This document shows, piece by piece, positions 25,788 to 32,642 of a stretch of DNA of 33,546 nt. The notes under the pieces are model-generated. The model was not told where the DNA came from. It was given only the letters and a program-made list of their open reading frames with translations, and did no database searches. Made by a program: the position numbers and the translations under genes. Positions within the stretch are counted from its first letter, which is position 1. Each line of letters opens with the position of its first letter. Origin of the DNA: Candidatus Saccharimonadales bacterium (GTDB taxonomy: Bacteria > Patescibacteriota > Saccharimonadia > Saccharimonadales > JBBSJF01); NCBI GenBank assembly GCA_038257495.1, contig JBBSJF010000001.1, positions 1-33,546 on the forward strand. Direction: 5' to 3'.

Positions 25788-27260
25788 ATGAAAAAACGAC
25801 TTGGCAACCAAAAACCCCGAGTAGATCAATATGTAAACGGCGATATTTGGCTAGCAGATAAGGTTATACGCTTAATGGAAGCATACGGCTTCATATTCGT
25901 ACCTTGGGAGAAAGCAATCTTATATAGGTGGCTGGCAGTTCACCAAGATGAAGATGGTAGTTGGAAGTGGTCAAACCCAAAGGCTGGTTTACTTGTGCCG
26001 CGACAAAACGGTAAAACAGAAATCATAATTGCTCGTATTATAGGTGGCATAATATTTATGAGTGAAGCGCTTATTTATACCGCACACTCAGATAAAACAG
26101 TAGATGAGACTAAACGCCGGGTACAGAATTTTTTTTATCATGCCGAGCCAGAGATACGGGATATGCTAACTGACGAGTTCGACAAAGAGCCTAAGAGCTT
26201 AGATTACGTAGAGCTTCGGACACGGGGAAGGTGTGTATTCCGTACTAGAACTCGATCAGGTGGATTAGGTACTACCAACGACACGCTCATAATAGACGAA
26301 GCACAAGAAGAGACTGATGCACAGCAAGAGGCACTACTGCCTACTATCTCAGCCGGTAAAAGCCAAAACCAACAAATACTCAGAGCTGGAACGCCTCCAA
26401 GCGGTGGCGGCAATGGTACGGTATTTATTCGTATACGGCGCAACGTGATTGACGGCAAGGATCATACAACCTGCTGGCAGGAATGGTCAGTAGAGACTTT
26501 AACTGATCCAAGCGATGAGGATGCTTGGTATAAAACTAATCCAAGCTTGGGCTATCACTTGATGCTAGCAGCAGTTAAGAATGAAGCAAAAGATATGGCG
26601 GTAGACAGTTTTAATAAGATGCGTCTTGGCTGGGTCGCTGGAGTTGAGAATATGCGAGTGATCAGTGATGATCAATGGCAACCATTAGCTGTTAAGTCCG
26701 TAGATCTACAGGAAGATCCAAGCTTAGTCTATGCCATTAAGTTTGCACCAGATGGTAGCGCTGTATCGTTAGCTGTGGGTGTGCTAATGCCTGACGGTAA
26801 AGTACACGTTGAGCTGGTAGAGCGTAAGGCTATGAGCGCCGGTACAGGCTGGCTGGTGCAGTGGCTAATCGAAAAGAACCGTTGGCGTAAGGCTAAAAAG
26901 ATAATAATTGATGGCGCTGCAGGCACACAGCTACTTGTAGAGGAGCTTGTCAGGACTGACAGGCGTATTAGCAAGCGCGTACTTACACCGAACGTAAAAG
27001 AGGCTGGCGCAGCTTATGCGGCATTTTATGATGGTATTGATCGTGGGCTATTAACACATTATGATCAGCCTGCATTGAACATATCTATTCGCACTGTAAA
27101 GAAACGAGCAATCGGGCGCGATGGTATGTTTGGCTATTCTAGTATGAACCCTGATATACAAAGTGATCCAACCGAGGCAGTTGCGTTTGCATACTATGGT
27201 GCGATCAGGTTTAAAAAAGGTCTAACCACTGGTGGTAGTGGTCAGTCAGTTATGCTATAG
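25788..27260 (+). CDS. terL: Large terminase subunit (Terminase_1-like)
   Basis: Walker A VPRQNGKTE, Walker B LIIDEAQE, and a C-terminal nuclease-like region IIIDGAAGTQ. Confidence 0.8.
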   Translation: MKKRLGNQKPRVDQYVNGDIWLADKVIRLMEAYGFIFVPWEKAILYRWLAVHQDEDGSWKWSNPKAGLLVPRQNGKTEIIIARIIGGIIFMSEALIYTAHSDKTVDETKRRVQNFFYHAEPEIRDMLTDEFDKEPKSLDYVELRTRGRCVFRTRTRSGGLGTTNDTLIIDEAQEETDAQQEALLPTISAGKSQNQQILRAGTPPSGGGNGTVFIRIRRNVIDGKDHTTCWQEWSVETLTDPSDEDAWYKTNPSLGYHLMLAAVKNEAKDMAVDSFNKMRLGWVAGVENMRVISDDQWQPLAVKSVDLQEDPSLVYAIKFAPDGSAVSLAVGVLMPDGKVHVELVERKAMSAGTGWLVQWLIEKNRWRKAKKIIIDGAAGTQLLVEELVRTDRRISKRVLTPNVKEAGAAYAAFYDGIDRGLLTHYDQPALNISIRTVKKRAIGRDGMFGYSSMNPDIQSDPTEAVAFAYYGAIRFKKGLTTGGSGQSVML

Positions 27261-27321
27261 TAGATCTAGCTTTCAGCGAAGTAATACACGCTGTTAGCCA
27301 GAAACTCCATTTCGGCAAACT

Positions 27322-27350
27322 AGATCCACTTAATTCGTGGGTCTTTTGCT
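27322..27350. terminator. Bidirectional terminator between convergent genes
   Basis: AGATCCAC / 7-nt loop / GTGGGTCT stem, followed by TTTGCTTTT on the + strand. Confidence 0.55.
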
Positions 27351-27362
27351 TTTATGGAGCTA

Positions 27363-28088
27363 CTAATACATGTAGAGGAAGTCTGAAGCGTTAGCAATAC
27401 GACTAGAGACTTTGTTCCAGCCACCGTTATAGTTCATTTCAGTAATACTTATTTTACCATTACCAAGTACCGCTTGAACGTAGACAACGTGCATTAAACC
27501 TCTAGCCTGAGCTGCAGCGCCAGCACGAGGGCTAGTACCCTTAGCACCGGGATAGCGAGCGTACCAAGTGTCGGCGTTACCTAAGTTATTAGGCAGATCA
27601 GGACGCATGTTCTTAACGTAGTAAGTACAGTACCCATAACTATATGTATTGCCCGAAATAGCACCACGAGTAATTTTAACTGGTGTGGTACTCGGAGCTT
27701 GCGCTGGCTTTGGAGTCTGTTGTTTAACAGACGCGGTTTTATTCACTTTTTCTGGATTGACCACATTTTGAACAGGTGGAGGCGGTGTATTAGGCAGGGG
27801 ACGATCAGCAAGTATTTCTGCGTCCGTAGGCACTATGAGCTTATCTCCCACATTTATAAGATCAGGATTAGTTATATTGGTATTCTTCTCCCACAGTCGC
27901 TGGACGGTAGTCTTGTAGGCTTCGGCTATTTTGCTAAGATGATCTCCGTCCACTACAGAGTGTTCTATAGGCGGTATTGGTTTAGGCTCGGGAAGCCTGT
28001 AAGGTATTTGATTTTGCTTTTGCTTAACTTGCTGCACGATATTTATGGTCGGTGGCTGTATATCGCTAACTTGTAAGAATTGTAGCAT
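27363..28088 (-). CDS. LysM + CHAP peptidoglycan hydrolase
   Basis: LysM: HSVVDGDHLSKIAEAYKTTVQRLWEKN ... GDKLIVP. A Pro-rich linker follows. CHAP-like C-terminus: YGYCTYYV ... HVVYV ... EMNY. Confidence 0.7.
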   Translation of the reverse strand: MLQFLQVSDIQPPTINIVQQVKQKQNQIPYRLPEPKPIPPIEHSVVDGDHLSKIAEAYKTTVQRLWEKNTNITNPDLINVGDKLIVPTDAEILADRPLPNTPPPPVQNVVNPEKVNKTASVKQQTPKPAQAPSTTPVKITRGAISGNTYSYGYCTYYVKNMRPDLPNNLGNADTWYARYPGAKGTSPRAGAAAQARGLMHVVYVQAVLGNGKISITEMNYNGGWNKVSSRIANASDFLYMY

Positions 28089-28198
28089 AATGTCCGGCTA
28101 ATAAAAGCCTAAATATTCCTTTGTTTAAAAGCTAGATAATCATACCATATCCATATAATAACCTGTCAAACTTACTGGGGTAGATACCTATAATACTA

Positions 28199-28227
28199 TT
28201 GACAAATATGCCATAATGCGCTACAAT
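28199..28227 (+). promoter_or_regulatory. Sigma70-type promoter: TTGACA, 17 nt, TACAAT
   Basis: Near-consensus hexamers with a 17-nt spacer. The -10 ends 6 nt before ATG 28234. Confidence 0.6.
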
Positions 28228-28233
28228 GTAATC

Positions 28234-28401
28234 ATGTTAGAAATAATAAACAAATACTACACATTCCAACCCGGCGAGTTCTTGCCAATACGATCAGACG
28301 GCAAACTACTTAATAGACGCGAGTTCCATGCTTACCGTATTAAATGGATCTTCAAACACCGCCAAGCAGCCTTTTACCAGTTTACTCACCAAGTAGGCTA
28401 G
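28234..28401 (+). CDS. Small hypothetical protein, probably translated from a leaderless mRNA
   Basis: The ORF-track start at 28216 lies inside the promoter. The in-frame ATG at 28234 coincides with the predicted transcription start. Confidence 0.35.
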   Translation: MLEIINKYYTFQPGEFLPIRSDGKLLNRREFHAYRIKWIFKHRQAAFYQFTHQVG

Positions 28402-28477
28402 AGCCTTTTGCGCGATTCTTATTTGAGCAAGCTGTAACAGAGCAGGGTTTAATTGTTTATCGGGGATTATATGCCAC

Positions 28478-28534
28478 ATCTATATAGTATTATATAAAAG
28501 TTATAAATATAACTCTCTATAATACTATATAGAT
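28478..28534. promoter_or_regulatory. 17-bp perfect inverted repeat with a nested 7-bp palindrome (operator or origin candidate)
   Basis: ATCTATATAGTATTATA ... TATAATACTATATAGAT with a 23-nt spacer. The spacer contains AGTTATA-AA-TATAACT. Confidence 0.6.
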
Positions 28535-28540
28535 ACAGCC

Positions 28541-28560
28541 CTCGGAAACGCCGAGTTTTC
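28541..28560 (+). terminator. Weak rho-independent terminator
   Basis: CTCGG / AAACG / CCGAG followed by TTTT. Confidence 0.35.
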
Positions 28561-28603
28561 CACTGAATTCACAGGTTTATACACAGAATAAGCGAAATCG
28601 CAG

Positions 28604-28632
28604 TTGATATAAAAACCCACTGGTAGTATATT
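28604..28632 (+). promoter_or_regulatory. Sigma70-type promoter: TTGATA, 17 nt, TATATT
   Basis: Hexamers and spacing counted. Lies 30 nt upstream of ATG 28663 with a GGAGGGG RBS. Confidence 0.5.
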
Positions 28633-28662
28633 TGAGATACTAAGTGGAAATGGAGGGGATAT

Positions 28663-29166
28663 ATGTATTACAAAGTGACAGAGCAAAGAAAAATAACAAT
28701 GCTTGAGCGTATAGGGGAGGCAGCCGATCTAATAGACGATCAGCGGTTTCTACCTTTTTACAGGAGCATTCAAATAAAACTAGAGAAGATGGGCAAACCA
28801 GACGAATGGCAAAAAATGATAGCGACCGCTAAAGAGAAAGCCGATCCTGCTCGATATTTTGCTACACTATGCAAAATGATCAAGGCAGGCACATATAACT
28901 TCGTTGAAAAGGTCAAAGAGGTTACTGGCGCAACAGCTCTATTCCTACACGATAAGCTGGTAAAATTTGGCTTCGGTAAATACCAGAAGTATTGGGTACG
29001 TAAAGCAGAGGAGTTTATAAATAAAAATAGCCAATCAGCATTTATAGACTTGCTAGAATACGCCGATCGCAAGAAAATATCACAAAAGTATATGGCAAAG
29101 GCACTATTAAATTGCAAACCACCACAACAATACTATAAAGAGAATATACTTGGAGGTTCAAAATGA
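28663..29166 (+). CDS. Hypothetical early protein (possible replication or organiser role, weak)
   Basis: ORF track with a strong RBS. First gene after the palindrome region. Confidence 0.5.
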   Translation: MYYKVTEQRKITMLERIGEAADLIDDQRFLPFYRSIQIKLEKMGKPDEWQKMIATAKEKADPARYFATLCKMIKAGTYNFVEKVKEVTGATALFLHDKLVKFGFGKYQKYWVRKAEEFINKNSQSAFIDLLEYADRKKISQKYMAKALLNCKPPQQYYKENILGGSK

Positions 29167-29324
29167 AATATACATTAAAATATGCTACTAAGAGTAAACA
29201 TGATAAAACAAAGGATTTTATATGGATAGCTACAGCAGCAACCCTGATATTCCTAATGGTACTATTCGGCTATGACCTACTTACCTACGTAGCTACCCAT
29301 AATATTTTAAGAGGAGAGTTCTAG
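29163..29324 (+). CDS. Small single-pass membrane protein (53 aa)
   Basis: ATGA overlap with the upstream stop and TAGTG overlap with the downstream start. Contains the hydrophobic helix WIATAATLIFLMVLFGY. Below the ORF-track cutoff. Confidence 0.4.
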   Translation: MKYTLKYATKSKHDKTKDFIWIATAATLIFLMVLFGYDLLTYVATHNILRGEF

Positions 29325-30181
29325 TGGATAAGCCAATAAGAAAACCATTAACTAAAGGAGATAAGAATATGACTAAAAAAGTAACCGTAGGGATAAAAAT
29401 ACTAAACTGGGTAACTGGTGCAGTAATATACGAATCCGATAAAGAGACTATTAAAGAAGCGGTAGTTGGCGCTAACCTCCGTGACGCTAACCTCCGTGAC
29501 GCTGACCTCCATGGCGCTAACCTCCATGGCGCTAACCTCTATGGCGCTAACCTCTATGGCGCTGACCTCCGTGACGCTAACCTCCATGGCGCTAACCTCT
29601 ATGGCGCTGACCTCCGTGACGCTAACCTCCATGGCGCTAACCTCTATGGCGCTGACCTCCGTGACGCTAACCTCTATGGCGCTGACCTCCGTGACGCTAA
29701 CCTCTATGGCGCTGACCTCCATGGCGCTAACCTCTATGACGCTAACCTCTATGGCGCTGACCTCCATGGCGCTAACCTCCGTGACGCTGACCTCCATGGC
29801 GCTAACCTTGATAACTTACCTAAAGATTTCATTAACCAGTGTAGCCGAGACATTTTATTCATCTTAGGGTGCTTAAAATCAGAAGTGCCAGCACTAAGAC
29901 AGATGTTAGTAGACGGTAAAGTAGACGGCTCTCAGTACGAAGGAGAGTGTGCCTGTCTTATAGGCTCACTAGCTAATGCAGATGGTGGCATGGATAAAGT
30001 TTGTTCAGCTATTCCGTTCTACGAAAAAGGAACACATAACTATGGAGAGATGTGGTTCTTAAATATACACAAAGGCGATACCCCTAAAACTAACCAGTTC
30101 TCTAAACATGCCGTGATGCTTTGCGATATGGTAGTGCCTTACAAAAAGACCAAGAAAGCTAGTAACAATGATGGAAAATAA
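29324..30181 (+). CDS. Pentapeptide-repeat protein with a Cys-containing C-terminal domain (alternative start ATG 29369)
   Basis: 23 consecutive A(N/D)LXX pentapeptides. GAGGAG lies 7 nt before GTG 29324, and AAGGAG lies before ATG 29369. Confidence 0.8.
   Translation: MDKPIRKPLTKGDKNMTKKVTVGIKILNWVTGAVIYESDKETIKEAVVGANLRDANLRDADLHGANLHGANLYGANLYGADLRDANLHGANLYGADLRDANLHGANLYGADLRDANLYGADLRDANLYGADLHGANLYDANLYGADLHGANLRDADLHGANLDNLPKDFINQCSRDILFILGCLKSEVPALRQMLVDGKVDGSQYEGECACLIGSLANADGGMDKVCSAIPFYEKGTHNYGEMWFLNIHKGDTPKTNQFSKHAVMLCDMVVPYKKTKKASNNDGK
29471..29815. repeat. 23 tandem 15-bp units GCT(A/G)ACCTC(C/T)(A/G)TG(G/A)C
   Basis: Units counted by hand. 22 are near-identical and vary only at 4 transition positions; the last is degenerate. 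45-bp and 30-bp higher-order repeats are visible. Confidence 0.95.
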
Positions 30182-30326
30182 AGACGGATTTCCAGTTAGA
30201 ATAGACCTATTCCCCAAACTAACCAAAGTAGCTAACTTTATTAAACGCCTCCTACCTAAACCAGAGATACCCAATAGGGGAGCTAGTGAGTGTTTAGATG
30301 ATGAGCTGTATGGGGAGAACAACTAG
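30168..30326 (+). CDS. Small hypothetical protein (52 aa)
   Basis: Overlaps the pentapeptide gene end by 14 nt. Its stop abuts the next ATG (TAGATG). Below the ORF-track cutoff. Confidence 0.35.
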   Translation: MMENKDGFPVRIDLFPKLTKVANFIKRLLPKPEIPNRGASECLDDELYGENN

Positions 30327-30707
30327 ATGAGTAACACCCCCAAACCCCAAGCTAATAAACTAGAGGATAAGATGAGTGTCTATTCTCAAATACCAATAGG
30401 CAAACCATTCAGAATATTAAAGAAAAACAAAGACCAGACAGTTTGGCAGAAAAATGAGCACGGCTTAGTAATATACTTCCATTCAGAAGACCTTTGGTGC
30501 AATCCCCCTACCGACACAAATATGGAGAGCAATGCGGGAAGGGCAATCGAAAAGTATGGTATCGAAATGCTACGGAATGATTATGTCGAGTGGTACAACA
30601 AGCACCAAAGGCAAAAAGACCTAGACGCAGCAATGAAACGTCAGAGACAGCGTATGTGGGATAATAGGCACTTATACCCTTGGCTAAAAAGGACAGACCA
30701 ATCATGA
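30327..30707 (+). CDS. Hypothetical early protein
   Basis: ORF track. Confidence 0.55.
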   Translation: MSNTPKPQANKLEDKMSVYSQIPIGKPFRILKKNKDQTVWQKNEHGLVIYFHSEDLWCNPPTDTNMESNAGRAIEKYGIEMLRNDYVEWYNKHQRQKDLDAAMKRQRQRMWDNRHLYPWLKRTDQS

Positions 30708-30988
30708 CCCCCACAAATAAGAATAAGACTATCAGTGACATCCTAGAAGAATTTTGGGATAAGCGAGGTAGACATAGCAAACTACCTATGTACCCTAAAA
30801 TTGAAAGTATTGCCGAAGCCACCCAAGCCATCACCCAAGCTATGCTAGACGCTTTGCCTGAGAAGTTAAGTATGAAGCCAGCTATCCAAACTCACAGCGA
30901 CGCTGGTGCTGGTAATGTCATAGGCTACAACCAAGCCATAGACCAAATGGAATCAGCTATAAAGAAAATGGGGGGTAGTGATGAGTAA
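30704..30988 (+). CDS. Early protein, paralog of 2-241 (ATG 30704 preferred over TTG 30680)
   Basis: ATGA overlap with the upstream stop. Residues 4-43 are encoded by the 120-bp repeat. Confidence 0.55.
   Translation: MTPTNKNKTISDILEEFWDKRGRHSKLPMYPKIESIAEATQAITQAMLDALPEKLSMKPAIQTHSDAGAGNVIGYNQAIDQMESAIKKMGGSDE
30712..30831. repeat. Copy 2 of the 120-bp perfect direct repeat
   Basis: Identical to 1-120. Confidence 0.9.
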
Positions 30989-31394
30989 ATTTAAATTTGA
31001 TTTAAATGCTATTAAGGGTAAAACCTACGAGGATGGTTTCGTGGCGTTATTTCAGCAGCTAGAGGACCACTACAATACAGAAGTCAATGTGAAACCTGAT
31101 TTTGTTTTTGGTGGATTACCCGAACCGCGTAACAAAACAGTAGTCTTAGATGATGGCTCAACTGCAATACAGATTCTACCCGCTGGATTAGTGTCACCAG
31201 ACGATAAGAAATTCATTCGTATGGAACCAGGTTGGGAAGTGAAGGATGGCAAAGATTTAGGCTTGAAAGAGGGCAAAGTGTTAACTGGTGTGAATAGCGA
31301 CAAAGTGGAAGTATTTGATTATGTGAAGAATTATAATCCAGGTGATGCCGTTGCTGACGGTGAATCCGCTAAGTATGATTTGAGTGCGAAATGA
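30981..31394 (+). CDS. Hypothetical early protein
   Basis: ORF track. Begins ATGAGTAAA, like the micro-ORF at 242. Confidence 0.5.
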   Translation: MSKFKFDLNAIKGKTYEDGFVALFQQLEDHYNTEVNVKPDFVFGGLPEPRNKTVVLDDGSTAIQILPAGLVSPDDKKFIRMEPGWEVKDGKDLGLKEGKVLTGVNSDKVEVFDYVKNYNPGDAVADGESAKYDLSAK

Positions 31395-32350
31395 AAAAAA
31401 TCTGTGAGTTCTGCGATAAAGAATTTGAAGCAAAGCGTTCTACAGCTAAATTTTGTTCTGCAAATTGTCGCGTAAAAGCTGCTCAGGCAGCGGACGTGGA
31501 CCCCGAAACTGGTGAAATAAAAACTGATGTTGCAATCAAAACTGCGGGCAAGGGTTATGACCGCGAAAAGAATCTACTAGCCTTCATTAAGATGGGTGTC
31601 GCTGAGGTTGACTGGATTCCTACTGGCATACCTGACTTTGATAAGTTGACGAAAATCCCGCGTGGCAGAGTGACGCAGATTCAAGGTCCATACGGTGTAG
31701 GAAAGACAACACTTTGTTTAAATATGATTAAAGGCTTGAAGGACCGCAAGGTTCTGTACATTGATTCCGAGGCTGCGCTCAACCCTCATCTTTTGGTGGA
31801 TATGGAGCTAGACCCAAAGAATTTTAATTTATACAATGAATCTGCTTATATGGAAGATATTGCCGATGTCATCCGTGACGCAGCTAAAAGTGGTAAATAT
31901 GAGCTTATAATCCTAGATTCTGTACCGATGACGACCACCAAAACAATAGCAGAATCCGAAATAACAGCTAAGAATATCGGCCAGAAGGCAGCAATCATCC
32001 ACAAACTAATGAACTGGATTGCAATGGACCTGAAAGCTACCAATACGGCTATGGTTTTTATTAACCAAGAGCGCGAAGTGATTGGTAGTTATGTGCCTAT
32101 GAAGTACACGCCAGGCGGGAGTGCTATCCCATTCCAAGCCAGTCTGATTGTTGCACTCAAAACCATTAAGTCCTGGCGATTCCCACAAAAGCCGAAGGAT
32201 GGTATTTATGAAGGTCACGAGGTGGAAGCTACAATCATTAAATCCAAAGTGAATACCCCGTGGCGTATTCAGAAATTCAAACTATATTACCCTAACCCGA
32301 TGAAAACCGAAGAAGCTGGACCCGTTAATGGCGAAAAAGAAGCCTTCTAA
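31391..32350 (+). CDS. RecA-family recombinase/ATPase with an N-terminal zinc ribbon
   Basis: CEFC ... CSANC; then IPTGIPDFDKLT ... GRVTQIQGPYGVGKTTL (Walker A), ELIILDSV (Walker B) and VFINQEREVIGS ... TPGGSAIPFQASL, collinear with the RecA core. Confidence 0.7.
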   Translation: MKKICEFCDKEFEAKRSTAKFCSANCRVKAAQAADVDPETGEIKTDVAIKTAGKGYDREKNLLAFIKMGVAEVDWIPTGIPDFDKLTKIPRGRVTQIQGPYGVGKTTLCLNMIKGLKDRKVLYIDSEAALNPHLLVDMELDPKNFNLYNESAYMEDIADVIRDAAKSGKYELIILDSVPMTTTKTIAESEITAKNIGQKAAIIHKLMNWIAMDLKATNTAMVFINQEREVIGSYVPMKYTPGGSAIPFQASLIVALKTIKSWRFPQKPKDGIYEGHEVEATIIKSKVNTPWRIQKFKLYYPNPMKTEEAGPVNGEKEAF

Positions 32351-32642
32351 TAGGGCTAACATCTACATCCCGACCAGTCTTTTACCTTTGGCGGGAATGA
32401 TTGACAATTTCTCTGCATTTGTGCAGATTGCTTTGGAGCAAGCCCCCGATATTATGGCTTTTGCAATTCTCCACGAAAAAGACCCGAAGAAATACCACTA
32501 TCGTCGTAAAATAGAAGATGTGATAGAACCTTTCAACAAGAAGTATCCACTTGACCCCAATAATAAACTGACACCAATAATTAAACAAAGGCAAGGCGAA
32601 TGGCGAACCAGCTCTCAGAAGATACCCGACGTACTATTGTAG
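32328..32642 (+). CDS. Hypothetical protein, possible small terminase or DNA-binding partner of TerL2
   Basis: ORF track. Overlaps both neighbours and lies directly upstream of a terminase gene. Confidence 0.35.
   Translation: MAKKKPSNRANIYIPTSLLPLAGMIDNFSAFVQIALEQAPDIMAFAILHEKDPKKYHYRRKIEDVIEPFNKKYPLDPNNKLTPIIKQRQGEWRTSSQKIPDVLL

Noticed and set aside
27699-28076. + strand ORF 27699-28076
   Set aside because: It is the antisense shadow of the LysM-CHAP gene, with a Trp/Arg-rich nonsense-like product.
29402-29867. ORFs 29402-29797 (-) and 29466-29867 (+) across the 15-bp repeat array
   Set aside because: They are open only because the repeat lacks stop codons in all frames. Only the A(N/D)LXX frame has an RBS, a non-repeat N-terminus and a C-terminal domain.
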